Origin: an archaeon
GTDB taxonomy: Archaea; Iainarchaeota; Iainarchaeia; Iainarchaeales; 0-14-0-20-34-12
DNA length: 64,000 nt
Assembly (NCBI GenBank): GCA_038046645.1
Contig: JBBSVU010000006.1
Span: 10,304 to 74,303, forward strand
Reading direction: 5' to 3'
Shown here: positions 19,142-28,833 of the stretch, in pieces
Numbering within the stretch: the first letter of the stretch is position 1
How the letters are laid out: the number at the start of each line of letters is the position of its first letter
Translations under genes and position numbers: made by a program
The notes under the pieces: model-generated
The model's input: the letters and a program-made list of their open reading frames with translations, nothing else
The model's database searches: none
Told to the model about the DNA's origin: nothing

Positions 19142-19792
19142 ATGGTTCATGAGATTAAACCGAAGATTTTTACCTTAAAATCAAACAATGAAGGATCCAA
19201 TGTTTATTTAATAAAAGACAAATTAAATGTGCTTATTGATTCCTCCTTATCCAAGAATTTTGATTTGATTATTGGTCTCTTGCGCAAGTTGGATTTAGCG
19301 CCGGTTGATATTGATTTGATTCTGCACACCCACGGGCACGCAGACCACATAGGTTGCTCAGCCTTTTTCGAGAAAGCAAAGAGAGCCATGCATCCATTCG
19401 ATGCTTTCCAAGTGAATGAAAAGAAAGATGATTTTTCCTATGCCTATTTTTTCAATCAGAAAGAATATCCTGAAATAGGCAAATTTCTTTCAGATTCAGA
19501 AATAATTGATTGTGGCAGCATTAAACTAAATGTAATTTTTACGCCAGGGCATACAAAAGGCTCGGTTTGTTTTTTTGAACCAAAAAACAAAATACTTTTT
19601 TCTGGTGATACCTTGTTTTATGGGGCATATGGAAGGACAGACCTGACTTCAAGTGATGAAGCAGACATGAAATCATCTCTTGAAAAACTTTCAAATATTG
19701 ATTTTGAGGTTTTGCTTCCAGGGCACGGAAGGTTTTTGACTGGAAAAAAAGCGCAGAAATCAAATATTGAAAATTTGCTGGCTTTGTTTTAG
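19142..19792 (+). CDS. MBL-fold metallohydrolase (glyoxalase II-like)
   Basis: THGHADH, TPGHT, FSGDTLF, PGHG. Confidence 0.92.
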   Translation: MVHEIKPKIFTLKSNNEGSNVYLIKDKLNVLIDSSLSKNFDLIIGLLRKLDLAPVDIDLILHTHGHADHIGCSAFFEKAKRAMHPFDAFQVNEKKDDFSYAYFFNQKEYPEIGKFLSDSEIIDCGSIKLNVIFTPGHTKGSVCFFEPKNKILFSGDTLFYGAYGRTDLTSSDEADMKSSLEKLSNIDFEVLLPGHGRFLTGKKAQKSNIENLLALF

Positions 19793-19851
19793 TTCGAAGA
19801 GAAATAGCGCACAGCATGGTTTAAATACCTGTTTTGCCCCTATTTTATCTT

Positions 19852-20637
19852 ATGATTAAAGACCATTTTGGGAAAACCTATCAGAAGATTGTGGCTGAAT
19901 TGGATAAAAAAAAGGGTTTGGCATTTTTGGTCATAGACCCGCCAAATCAGGAACCGAAGTTAGCAGGAAAGCTGGCGCAGATTGCAGAATCCAATAATTT
20001 CGGCGCAATTGCCATTGGGGGGTCAGTTGGGGCGGAAGGAAAACTGCTTGAAGAAACCCTGCAGGAGATAAAGGATAACTGCAAGCTTCCTAGAGTTTTA
20101 TTCCCTGGCAATATCTCAACATTGTCGGCAAATGCTGATGCTATTTATTTTATGAGCATGTTAAATTCAACAGATCCTTATTATATTACCGGGGCACAAA
20201 TAGCTTCCTCCTCATCTATTAAAAGAATTAAATTAGAAGCAATCCCTACTTCCTATATTATTGTTGAGCCAGGAAGGGCAGTTGGGTGGATGGGCAAAGC
20301 CAAATTAATACCCAGGGATGTTCCGTATCTAGCAGCAATAACTGCGTTAGCAGGGCAATATATGGGGGCTCATTGGGCAATCCTTGAATCAGGGGGAGGA
20401 GCACCAGAACCAGCTCCGCTTGAGATGATTTCATTCACAAAGAAAATGATTGATATTCCGTTAATTGTTGCTGGTGGTGTCAGAACTCCTGATTGGGCCT
20501 ATAAAGTAATCAAGGCTGGGGCAGATATCATTCACATTGGCGCTGCAATAGAGGCAACAAATGGAGATTTGAAAAAAGCAGATTCCAGGATTTCAGAATT
20601 CAGCAAAGCAGTTGAAAAAGCAGCAAGGGAAAAATAA
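19852..20637 (+). CDS. Geranylgeranylglyceryl phosphate synthase
   Basis: VIDPP, IGGS, LFPG, SMLNS.DPYYITGAQ, LESGGGA, VAGGVR. Confidence 0.9.
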   Translation: MIKDHFGKTYQKIVAELDKKKGLAFLVIDPPNQEPKLAGKLAQIAESNNFGAIAIGGSVGAEGKLLEETLQEIKDNCKLPRVLFPGNISTLSANADAIYFMSMLNSTDPYYITGAQIASSSSIKRIKLEAIPTSYIIVEPGRAVGWMGKAKLIPRDVPYLAAITALAGQYMGAHWAILESGGGAPEPAPLEMISFTKKMIDIPLIVAGGVRTPDWAYKVIKAGADIIHIGAAIEATNGDLKKADSRISEFSKAVEKAAREK

Positions 20638-20673
20638 TTCTTTTTCTTATCCCTATTTTTGCAATAACCTAAA

Positions 20674-21594
20674 TTATTTTCTTATCTTTTTCTCTTTTTC
20701 TAGAATCTCAAAAACAGTCCTTGCAATCGCTTCCTTAGTATCATAGCTTGGTTTCCAGCCTAATGCCTTTATTTTTTCTATGCTATACCATCTCCCCCTT
20801 GTTAACCTGTCAAGATGCTCTGGGCTTACAATTGATTTTTTGCCAAATAGTTTTCCAATAACTAAGTAAAAATATGCCAAAATTTTTCCAATAACAGTAG
20901 GAACGCTTTTCTGGTTTTTGTTCATTCCCAAGGATTTTCTTATTTCAAGTATTACCTCTTTCAATGTAAGCGGGCTTTCTTCTGCAATATTCAATGTTTC
21001 CCCAGCTGCTTTTTTGTGTTCAACCACAAATATGAGTGCATTAACCAAATCAGTAATATAGATCATCTGCCATTTATTCTCCCCATTCCCTATTAGTGGG
21101 AAATCCTTTCTAATTAGCTGAATTATTTTTTCCCAATATTCATTTTGCCCGAGAATAATTGTCGGCCTTAGAATATTTATAGTAATTAACTCTTGATATT
21201 CATTCAGAATACGCTCTGCTAATAATTTAGTTTTTTCATAATGTGTTTTGGGGTTTAATTTAGATTCTTCTGTTTTTATTTCTTCACAATCGCCATAAAC
21301 CCCTACCGAACTCATTAAAATAAATCTTGAAACTTTGTTTTCAACAGCTGCTTTAATCAGATTTTCAGTTCCAGTAATATTTACTTTATTTAGCAGCGGT
21401 GAATGTTCATCCAAAACAGCAGCCAAATGCAGGACAATATCAATTGAGCCGCACGCAGCTCTGCACTGCCCCACATCTAAAATGTCTTCCCCTTTTTTGG
21501 AATCAAATTCCCGGATCCAATGCCCCCTTTTTCTAAGAACCTCAACAATTCTCTGCCCAACAAAACCTGAAGAGCCGGTTACTAAAATACGCAT
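20674..21594 (-). CDS. NAD-dependent epimerase/dehydratase (extended SDR)
   Basis: VTGSSGFVG, HLAA, SSVGVYG, YEKTK. Confidence 0.92.
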   Translation of the reverse strand: MRILVTGSSGFVGQRIVEVLRKRGHWIREFDSKKGEDILDVGQCRAACGSIDIVLHLAAVLDEHSPLLNKVNITGTENLIKAAVENKVSRFILMSSVGVYGDCEEIKTEESKLNPKTHYEKTKLLAERILNEYQELITINILRPTIILGQNEYWEKIIQLIRKDFPLIGNGENKWQMIYITDLVNALIFVVEHKKAAGETLNIAEESPLTLKEVILEIRKSLGMNKNQKSVPTVIGKILAYFYLVIGKLFGKKSIVSPEHLDRLTRGRWYSIEKIKALGWKPSYDTKEAIARTVFEILEKEKKIRK

Positions 21595-21753
21595 GATTAT
21601 CCACAGTGTTTTATGATGTTAAAAAAAAATAATATATTGTACTGAGTTAAGTATAATTTATTAATAAATGTTTTTGTTGACAATCTTTTTTCCAATAACT
21701 ATGAAATTTCACCAAATGCTCTATTTTTAACCTTTTTTTTGGTTTGATTAGTT

Positions 21754-22821
21754 ATGATAGGCATAGATGGAGCACACGGTGAGTCCGGAGGGCAGATTTT
21801 AAGGACAACTTTGGCATTATCCGCACTTTTGCAAAAAGAAATAGAAATAAAAGATATTAGAAAAGGCCGTGAGAAACCAGGCTTGAGGCCACAGCATTTA
21901 GCTGCAGTAAAAACAATGGCTAATGTTTGCAATGCCAGGATTTCTGGCCTGTTTGAAAATAGCACTGCTTTAACTTTTAATCCTACAAAAATCCAGTCAG
22001 CACAATTGAATATTAATATTTCAACCGCAGGTTCAGCTGCATTGCTTTTGCAGCAATTATTTCCAGTTGCATTGTTGGAGGAATTTACCTTTAGAATTGT
22101 TGCTGGCACCGATGTTCCATTTTCTCCATCACTTAATTATTTGAATGCTGTTTTTTGCCCTATCATCAAAAAATTGGGTGCGAATTTTTCACTTGAACAA
22201 ATGGCTCATGGCTATTATCCCATAGGAAATGGCCGTGTTGTTTTTAGTTCAAAAAAAGCAAAGCTTCCATTAAAACCAATAAACATCAGCAAATTAGGCA
22301 ATCTTGAGTGCTTTAAACTATTTTCACATTCTTCAGGGCTGCCAATGGAGGTAGTGGATAATCAATTATGTGCAGCAAAAAATATTCTCTCAAAGAATTT
22401 TGAGGGTATTGATATTTTTGACAAGATTGATTTTTCATCCAGAAAGGATACGATAGGCTCAGGGATAGACATCTTTGCATGTTTTTCCTCTGGTGCGGTT
22501 TTAGGCACAAATTCTTTAGGTAAAAAAGGCATTCCGGCAACAAACGTTGGGAATGAGGCAGCAGAAAAAATCGTTTCAGAATTAAAAGCTGAAAAACCTT
22601 GCGATTCCCATTTGGCTGACCAGCTTATTATATATATGGCTCTTGCAAAAGGCATTTCAAAGATAGAGTGCACAAAATTGACAAACCATGCTCTGACAAA
22701 TATCTGGGTCATAGAGCAATTTTTGCCAGTAAAATTCCAAGTAACTGGGAATCTTAATGAAGCAGCAGAGATTTCAGTTGAAGGCATTGGATTTACCCTC
22801 CAAGATAACCCAAGTCTTTAG
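21754..22821 (+). CDS. rtcA: RNA 3'-terminal phosphate cyclase
   Basis: IDGAHGESGGQILRT, PGLRPQH, GTDV, DSHLADQL, HALTN. Confidence 0.95.
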   Translation: MIGIDGAHGESGGQILRTTLALSALLQKEIEIKDIRKGREKPGLRPQHLAAVKTMANVCNARISGLFENSTALTFNPTKIQSAQLNINISTAGSAALLLQQLFPVALLEEFTFRIVAGTDVPFSPSLNYLNAVFCPIIKKLGANFSLEQMAHGYYPIGNGRVVFSSKKAKLPLKPINISKLGNLECFKLFSHSSGLPMEVVDNQLCAAKNILSKNFEGIDIFDKIDFSSRKDTIGSGIDIFACFSSGAVLGTNSLGKKGIPATNVGNEAAEKIVSELKAEKPCDSHLADQLIIYMALAKGISKIECTKLTNHALTNIWVIEQFLPVKFQVTGNLNEAAEISVEGIGFTLQDNPSL

Positions 22822-22857
22822 AATTAAAATAAGTAGTTATTCAGAATTCCTTGCTGC

Positions 22858-24051
22858 TTATTCTTTACGGTATTTCTTTTTTGCATTATTTAATGCAATG
22901 TGCACTGCCTGAGTACTTAAAGGCATTTCAGGGTCTAATACCTTACCAACTTCCCACAAATAAGGGAACCTTCCCTTTTCCCTAATTGTCCTTCTTACAA
23001 GTTTTGTATAGGCAGCAACAGCCCTTCTTTCTGAGGGTGCTAGATTGGCAGGCATTTCCTGCGTAAAAAATTCAGAATATCTATTTTGACTAACAATGCT
23101 TGACCTCCCATCTGAAGGTATGCTTGTAGTTTCTGCAACCTCCCTATATCTTTGTAATGTACTTCTTTCTCTTTTACTTTTTCTGAAAGTATTCAATATA
23201 AAAAAATTAGTGTGCATTCCAATAAAGGAATGTACTTTCATTCCTTTCGTTGGATCATACTCATCCAATTTTTCAAATAGCATTGCAGTTATTGCAGCAA
23301 ACATCTCACTATTATTGCAATTATACCTTTTCATAATGCTGTAGATTAAGCCTTTATTTTCTTTTATTTTATTGGCTTTTTCCCTAGGGCTGAAAAGATT
23401 TGTTTTTACTGCTTTATGCTCAATCCTTTTTGCTTTTCCCTTTTGCCTTAATTTTTCATAAATAGAGACTACATCATTTTTAGTTATGGTTCCATCGCCA
23501 TGTTCTTTTATATACTGTGGAATGTCATTTATTCGAATTTTTCTGGCAGGATCCGTTAAAATTTTCTTAACCATTGCTAAATCCCTTTCGCTAGGTAAAG
23601 GCCCTTGGCGATGTGTCTCTAGAAAAGCTAATTTTCCTAATCTTCTAATTTCTGGTTCAGTCCTTAATCCAGAATTTATTAAAATGGCACGCACAGTTCT
23701 TCCAGCGACTTTAATTCCTTCATCACCCATTTTTCTGGTGATCTCCTCAACATTCAATTTTCTAGTCTTCCCTAAAGGGCTTTCCACTTCTGAAGCAGCC
23801 AATTCTTTTATCTTTTCTATTGTTTCTGTAGGAACCTTCTGGTCTGAAAGTGCAATTCTTTTTGCCCTATCCCATTGTTCTTTTGATAGTCTTGAATACT
23901 TTCGAACAGTAGTTGTATCAACCCCAATACGCTCTGCTATCTCTATTTGTGTTAATGGCCTTTTTCTTGGTCTTTTTGCAAGTTTTCTTATTGTTGCTGT
24001 AACTTTTTTATTAGGAACCTTGGCGTTTGGGAATCTTCCTTTTGCTAGCAT
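22858..24051 (-). CDS. Basic orphan protein with N-terminal HTH repeats and sigma-70 region 2/4-like C-terminus
   Basis: TQIEIAERIGVDTTTVRKY HTH; ENKGLIYSIMKRY...EYDPTKGMKVHSF; LWEVGKVL...STQAVHIALNNAKKKYR. Confidence 0.65.
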   Translation of the reverse strand: MLAKGRFPNAKVPNKKVTATIRKLAKRPRKRPLTQIEIAERIGVDTTTVRKYSRLSKEQWDRAKRIALSDQKVPTETIEKIKELAASEVESPLGKTRKLNVEEITRKMGDEGIKVAGRTVRAILINSGLRTEPEIRRLGKLAFLETHRQGPLPSERDLAMVKKILTDPARKIRINDIPQYIKEHGDGTITKNDVVSIYEKLRQKGKAKRIEHKAVKTNLFSPREKANKIKENKGLIYSIMKRYNCNNSEMFAAITAMLFEKLDEYDPTKGMKVHSFIGMHTNFFILNTFRKSKRERSTLQRYREVAETTSIPSDGRSSIVSQNRYSEFFTQEMPANLAPSERRAVAAYTKLVRRTIREKGRFPYLWEVGKVLDPEMPLSTQAVHIALNNAKKKYRKE

Positions 24052-24121
24052 AATCTTATTACTTATAAAATAGTTATTAAATTGTATGGAATGGTTATCC
24101 TGATTTTGTCTTCAATTAAAT

Positions 24122-24502
24122 TTAAAGCAATTCATTTTCAAGCAAATCAACAATCATATTCTTTACAATTTCATTGCACCTTTTCTTTGGCTTTAAAATC
24201 CTGCAGCATGCTACTTTATTCCTTGCAATAAATTTCTGGTGCAGTTTATTGCTGATTGCATAAGCTTCAGCTTTGCTCAAATCCTTGTTTTTCAGGTTGG
24301 AAATTAAGATTGCTCCGATTAATGCCCCACATACACACCCCGAATTCAAACCAGAGCCAAAAAACTGTGCCAAATTTTCAAATTCTTTTTTGTTTTCCAA
24401 ACCTAGCTTCTCTGTGCATATTTTAAGGACACATTCACAACAATTCTTTTTGCCATACATTTCATTTACTAATTTCTCAATTTCTTTTTCATCAATCTTC
24501 AT
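24122..24502 (-). CDS. C-GCAxxG-C-C family putative redox protein
   Basis: NCCECV, FGSG..SGCVCGALIG, C-terminal C...C. Confidence 0.85.
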   Translation of the reverse strand: MKIDEKEIEKLVNEMYGKKNCCECVLKICTEKLGLENKKEFENLAQFFGSGLNSGCVCGALIGAILISNLKNKDLSKAEAYAISNKLHQKFIARNKVACCRILKPKKRCNEIVKNMIVDLLENELL

Positions 24503-24510
24503 AAGAACCC

Positions 24511-25284
24511 CTATTTTGTTATCTTTTTAATTAATTTTCCTTCACAATTCTTATCTGCAACTTTCCACAATTTTTCGAAATGTTCTGCATATGTTTCCGC
24601 TAACTGTTTATTCCTTATCATAATTACGCTGATTGGCATCTGCCAAATCACAATGGCAATTTTATCTCCATAAATAAAAGTGTTAGTGGGGTTTAGGTAT
24701 TCGGATTCAAGAAATCTATATTTTGTGGATGGGTTATCAAAAATCAGAATGCCTTTCTTCTTGAGGGAAATTACCCTTTCCTTTATGCCATTTTCCCTGA
24801 GCTTTCTGAAGTATTGTGGCATAAAAATTGGCAAAGTTTCATCATATTTTGTGTCATCAAGCCCGAATAAGCAAACATCTTTTTTTGTGCGGATAATATC
24901 CGTCAAAAATACCTTCAAACCTTCTTTTCCCTTAAACACTTCTACTTTTGTCTCCAGGTTATCTTCTTGTGACCAAGAAATAAGATCGGGCAAGCAATTC
25001 TGAAGCTCTTCTTTAGTTTTTGCTATTTCATTATTTTTTTCTTCAAGATACTCTAAAAGCTTGTTAGGGTGATGTGCTTGGAACACCTTCTTTTTACCTT
25101 TATGCACATAGCTTATTAGTCCTCTTTTTAGTAATGTTTCAAGTTTGTCGTAAACATGTGGTCTATAAATGCCTGTTTTTTGTGAAAGTTCATATGCTGA
25201 AGCTTCTCCACCCCTCAACAATGACACATATATTTGAATTTCATTATCAGATAGCCCCATTTTCTTTAATACTTCTAATTTCAT
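24511..25284 (-). CDS. TrmB-family transcriptional regulator
   Basis: LKKMGLSDNEIQIYVSLL, wHTH, VFKGKEG, IYGDKIAI. Confidence 0.9.
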   Translation of the reverse strand: MKLEVLKKMGLSDNEIQIYVSLLRGGEASAYELSQKTGIYRPHVYDKLETLLKRGLISYVHKGKKKVFQAHHPNKLLEYLEEKNNEIAKTKEELQNCLPDLISWSQEDNLETKVEVFKGKEGLKVFLTDIIRTKKDVCLFGLDDTKYDETLPIFMPQYFRKLRENGIKERVISLKKKGILIFDNPSTKYRFLESEYLNPTNTFIYGDKIAIVIWQMPISVIMIRNKQLAETYAEHFEKLWKVADKNCEGKLIKKITK

Positions 25285-25373
25285 AAAAATTACTTGTGTA
25301 AATGTCTTTAAAATATTTTCGTCCTAGTTCTGGACGACAGAAACATATTAACAAAAGAAATTATTGTTAATAT

Positions 25374-25742
25374 ATGTTCGTGGAAATAATTTGGCATTTG
25401 ATTCAGTTTGATATCATTTGGTTTGTTGATTTGCTTTTAGCCAATCTGCACTGGGCTTTTGCATTCTTTGCCTTGGGTTTTATCTTCTTTAATGGCAAAA
25501 ACCCCTGGAAGAAATTTATTGTATTGGCAACAGTCCCGCTTATTTGGGAGGACTTTAGCGCTTTAACAGGGATTGTTTTATTTATTACAGAGTTCTTGGC
25601 AATTTACTATGTTATACAGATAGCAACCTTAAGATTTGCTGAGGATTATCCGCAAATATCCAATAAATTGCACTGGGTGGAAGAATTTTTCACAATGGCT
25701 TTAGTTCTTTTGTTTAATTTTGGAGGTTTGTTATGGCAATAA
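25374..25742 (+). CDS. Membrane protein, paralog of 39502-39858
   Basis: Hydrophobic ORF sharing the W..D..L.NL.W.F.F motif with its paralog. Confidence 0.8.
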   Translation: MFVEIIWHLIQFDIIWFVDLLLANLHWAFAFFALGFIFFNGKNPWKKFIVLATVPLIWEDFSALTGIVLFITEFLAIYYVIQIATLRFAEDYPQISNKLHWVEEFFTMALVLLFNFGGLLWQ

Positions 25743-25906
25743 CAAGAATATTTTTTGCATTTTCAATAGCATTCCTTCTGCATATGTTTGCAGGCCTTTT
25801 TTTAGGGCCTGGGATTGGGAATTTACAGGAAGGTTTTTTCACTCCTTTTGGTTTTTTATTAACTGCGGGAGTAGCGTTTGTTGAAATGACTTTTCTGGCC
25901 CAATAA
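25733..25906 (+). CDS. Small membrane protein (57 aa), paralog of 39855-40022
   Basis: Hand-translated MAITRIFF...TAGVAFVEMTFLAQ; GGAGG SD; overlaps upstream stop. Confidence 0.7.
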   Translation: MAITRIFFAFSIAFLLHMFAGLFLGPGIGNLQEGFFTPFGFLLTAGVAFVEMTFLAQ

Positions 25907-25921
25907 TTGGAATCAAATCAC

Positions 25922-25955
25922 TGACGCTCCATGGGCTGAAGCCCATGGAGCGTCA
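25922..25955. repeat. Perfect 15-bp GC-rich hairpin (REP/IS200-605-like or terminator)
   Basis: TGACGCTCCATGGGC-TGAA-GCCCATGGAGCGTCA between convergent genes, overlapping the ribD stop. Confidence 0.75.
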
Positions 25956-27038
25956 CATCTGTTTTGTGCGGAGCATCAAATCTTTGCCGCTTTTTTTGAT
26001 GTCCAATATTTTCAGCTTAGCTTTTACTGTTTCATCAATAAAATCAATTCCATTTTTTACTTTTTTTTGGGAAATAAAAAATAAAATTTCATCATTTAAT
26101 CTTTCTTTCAAAAAACTTGAATTAATCTTCTGTCCCCCCTCTACAAGAATGCTGGTAATTCCTCTCTTGCCAATTTCTCTTAGAACCTCTTTCAGATTCA
26201 AGAAGCCGTTTTTTTGCGTCACCTTAATAATTTCAATCTTTTTGTTTGGATTTTTCCCCAGCATCTCTTTTTCTTTGTTTTTTCCCCTATTTTTCGAGCA
26301 GAAAATTATTGTTTTAGCATTGCTTTTAAACAATTTCGCATTTTTTGGAGTTTTCAATTCAGGGTCAAGAATAATTTTTATTGGATCTCTCCCAGTTTTC
26401 AATCTGCAATTTAATTTTGGATTATCCTTCAAAACAGTATTTATGCCAACAAGCAAAGCATTACACTTATTTCTTAATTCATGCACTTTTTTTTGGCTTT
26501 CTTTGCCTGTGATTTTTCTCCCTTTGCCGTCCCCCCAAGTAATCTTTCCATTTTTTGTAATCGCAATCTTCAGAAGCACATAAGGTTTCTTTGTTTTCAT
26601 CCATATTATGTATTCTTTATTCAATTCTTCTGCTTCTTTCCTGCACAACCCAACTTTAATCTTAATTCCTGCATTTTCCAATTCTTTAATTCCTCTGCCC
26701 GCAACAATTGGATTGACATCAAGCATTGCAACATTAACTTTTTTGATTCCGGCTTTAATTATTGCCTTTGTGCAAGGTCCGGTTTTTCCATAATGGCAGC
26801 AAGGCTCTAATGTAACAAACATTTCTACATTTTCAGTTGATTTCCTGCCCTTTCTTTTCCAAGCATCTGCAATTGCATTAATCTCAGCATGCTCTTTTCC
26901 AAATTCTTTATGCCAGCCTTTACCAATGATTTTCCCGTTCTTTGCAATTACGCAGCCTACTGATGGGTTTGGGTGTGTAAAACCAGTGCCTTCCTTAGCA
27001 AGTTTAATCGCCAATTGCATGAAATACTTTTTTCCCAT
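25953..27038 (-). CDS. ribD: Bifunctional riboflavin biosynthesis deaminase/reductase
   Basis: PNPSVGCV, HAE, VTLEPCCH...PC, VGINTV..DNP.L, LVEGG. Confidence 0.95.
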   Translation of the reverse strand: MGKKYFMQLAIKLAKEGTGFTHPNPSVGCVIAKNGKIIGKGWHKEFGKEHAEINAIADAWKRKGRKSTENVEMFVTLEPCCHYGKTGPCTKAIIKAGIKKVNVAMLDVNPIVAGRGIKELENAGIKIKVGLCRKEAEELNKEYIIWMKTKKPYVLLKIAITKNGKITWGDGKGRKITGKESQKKVHELRNKCNALLVGINTVLKDNPKLNCRLKTGRDPIKIILDPELKTPKNAKLFKSNAKTIIFCSKNRGKNKEKEMLGKNPNKKIEIIKVTQKNGFLNLKEVLREIGKRGITSILVEGGQKINSSFLKERLNDEILFFISQKKVKNGIDFIDETVKAKLKILDIKKSGKDLMLRTKQM

Positions 27039-27239
27039 TAGCCTACTTAATAAAAAGCTTTTTTTAAACTGAATTCTGCATTATGTTTTTGAAAGTATTG
27101 AATATATGGTTCCTTGCCCTAGAAATAGCTTTTTAAACCTTATATTGAATAATTTCTTCCTATATAGATTCTATTTTTGTTAGAGTCTCCGGCCTTAGGG
27201 CCGCAGAAAATATCCCCTGTAAAGGGTTGAGGTGAATAG

Positions 27240-27851
27240 ATGGCAGTATATGACGTTCCTGCAAGGGAATTAATTGAAGCAGTTGCTCTAGATTTGGAAA
27301 GTAAATTTAACATAGTGCAACCAGCATTTGTTGAATACGTAAAATCAGGCTCGCACAAGGAAAGGGCACCTGACCAAAAAAATTGGTTTTACGTAAGAAT
27401 GGCCTCTTTATTATATAGGGTTTATAAAGAAGGTTCTGTTGGTGTTAGTTCATTAAGAACTTATTATGGTGGAAAAAAAAGGAGAGGGGTTAAGCCGCCA
27501 ATATTCAGGAAAGCCTCAGGCAAGGTTATTAGGTTAGGTTTGCAGAATTTAGAGAAATCAGGCTTAATACAAAAAGGCGCAAAAGGTAGGGTTATTTCGC
27601 CAAAAGGGGTTTCATATTTAAACAAAAAATCAAATGAAGTAAAGAAAGTAGTGGCTGATAAAGTAAAGTTTGCGGCAGAAAAGAGATTGCAGGAATTGCA
27701 GGAAGCAGAAAAAAGAAGATTGTTGGCTGAAAAACAACAAAAAGAGAAACAAGCGGCAATGCAAAAGCCCCAAAGAAAAGACGCTAATGCCCCAAAACAA
27801 GCCAAGCCAGAATTTGAGAAAAAGCAAGAGGAGCATAAGAAAGAGAAATAA
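27240..27851 (+). CDS. rps19e: 30S ribosomal protein S19e with charged C-terminal extension
   Basis: VYDVP, KSG.HKERAP, WFYVRMAS, LRTYYGG, SGKVIR..LQ.LE. Confidence 0.96.
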   Translation: MAVYDVPARELIEAVALDLESKFNIVQPAFVEYVKSGSHKERAPDQKNWFYVRMASLLYRVYKEGSVGVSSLRTYYGGKKRRGVKPPIFRKASGKVIRLGLQNLEKSGLIQKGAKGRVISPKGVSYLNKKSNEVKKVVADKVKFAAEKRLQELQEAEKRRLLAEKQQKEKQAAMQKPQRKDANAPKQAKPEFEKKQEEHKKEK

Positions 27852-27880
27852 GGGAGATTTTTCTTTCTTGGTGATTGCAT

Positions 27881-28180
27881 ATGGATGCTGAATTAGAAGA
27901 GTTAAAACAGCAAAGGGCATTCCAATTGAAGCAAGCCGAGCAGCAGGCCCAGGCAGAAGCACAATTGAAGCAATTGCTTGACATCATTATGACCCAAAAA
28001 GCAAAAGAGAGAATAATGAATGTTCGCTTGGTAAATAAGGAGCTTTATTTAAAAGCAGCCCAGTATATACTATTAATGTACCGCGCCGGGAAGCTGCAAG
28101 GAAAGCTCGAGGAAGAAGGATTAATCCAATTGTTAAAATCATTATCCCAAAAAAGGGAAATAAAGATCGTGAGGAAATAA
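27881..28180 (+). CDS. PDCD5-like DNA-binding protein
   Basis: AKERIMNVRLV, conserved position after S19e. Confidence 0.85.
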   Translation: MDAELEELKQQRAFQLKQAEQQAQAEAQLKQLLDIIMTQKAKERIMNVRLVNKELYLKAAQYILLMYRAGKLQGKLEEEGLIQLLKSLSQKREIKIVRK

Positions 28181-28182
28181 TT

Positions 28183-28386
28183 ATGGCAGCTAGAAAAGAT
28201 CAAGAATTCAAGGATTTTCTTGTTTCCAAAAGGAATAGCATAAAACCAGGGATAAGTAGTGCCCCGGTTTGGGTTTTCCAGAAGGCAAACAAGAGAATTT
28301 GGAATCCTGTACAAAAAAGGCACTGGAAGGATGTTGATTTTGGAAAGAAATTTGAACACAACAAGGTTTCAGAGCATAAGAAATAA
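28183..28386 (+). CDS. rpl39e: 50S ribosomal protein L39e (divergent)
   Basis: PVWV..K...KRHWK and operon position. Confidence 0.8.
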   Translation: MAARKDQEFKDFLVSKRNSIKPGISSAPVWVFQKANKRIWNPVQKRHWKDVDFGKKFEHNKVSEHKK

Positions 28387-28397
28387 ATGGTGAAAAT

Positions 28398-28817
28398 ATG
28401 GATTTGCAGGAATTAAAGATTAGCTTTAGGGATGTTTTTGAATTGCCTAAAAGCAAAAGGGCTAATAAATTAGTGAATAAACTTAAAAATTTGTATAAAA
28501 CAAAGAAAATGCCGGTAAAACTTTCAAATAAATTGAACGAATTTATTTGGGAAAGGGGCAGGGAAAAGGTTCCACGTTTGCTAGACCTTATTGTTGCAAA
28601 GGAAAAGGATGCAATATATATGTTCTTAGCAACAGAGAGAAAGGAAGCAGAAAAAATGCTTGCTGAGAAGAAGAAAAAATCAGAAAAAGAGAAAGTAAAG
28701 AAGGAAGAAAAATCCAAGGTCTCAAAGGAAGAGAAGAAAGAACTAGAAGTACAGGAGAAAAAGACTGAAGAAAAGCAGGCATTAGAACAAGATTTCGCAA
28801 AGACAGCTATGAAGTAA
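28398..28817 (+). CDS. rpl31e: 50S ribosomal protein L31e (divergent)
   Basis: PKSKRA, LNEFIWERG...P and operon position. Confidence 0.85.
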   Translation: MDLQELKISFRDVFELPKSKRANKLVNKLKNLYKTKKMPVKLSNKLNEFIWERGREKVPRLLDLIVAKEKDAIYMFLATERKEAEKMLAEKKKKSEKEKVKKEEKSKVSKEEKKELEVQEKKTEEKQALEQDFAKTAMK

Positions 28818-28833
28818 TTGTTAGTGTTTTTTC

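Noticed and set aside
23486..24073. Long antisense ORFs (e.g. 23486-24073, 25945-26583, 47040-47540, 55940-56485)
   Set aside because: Each mirrors a better-supported gene on the opposite strand and has Phe/Ser/Leu-rich shadow composition
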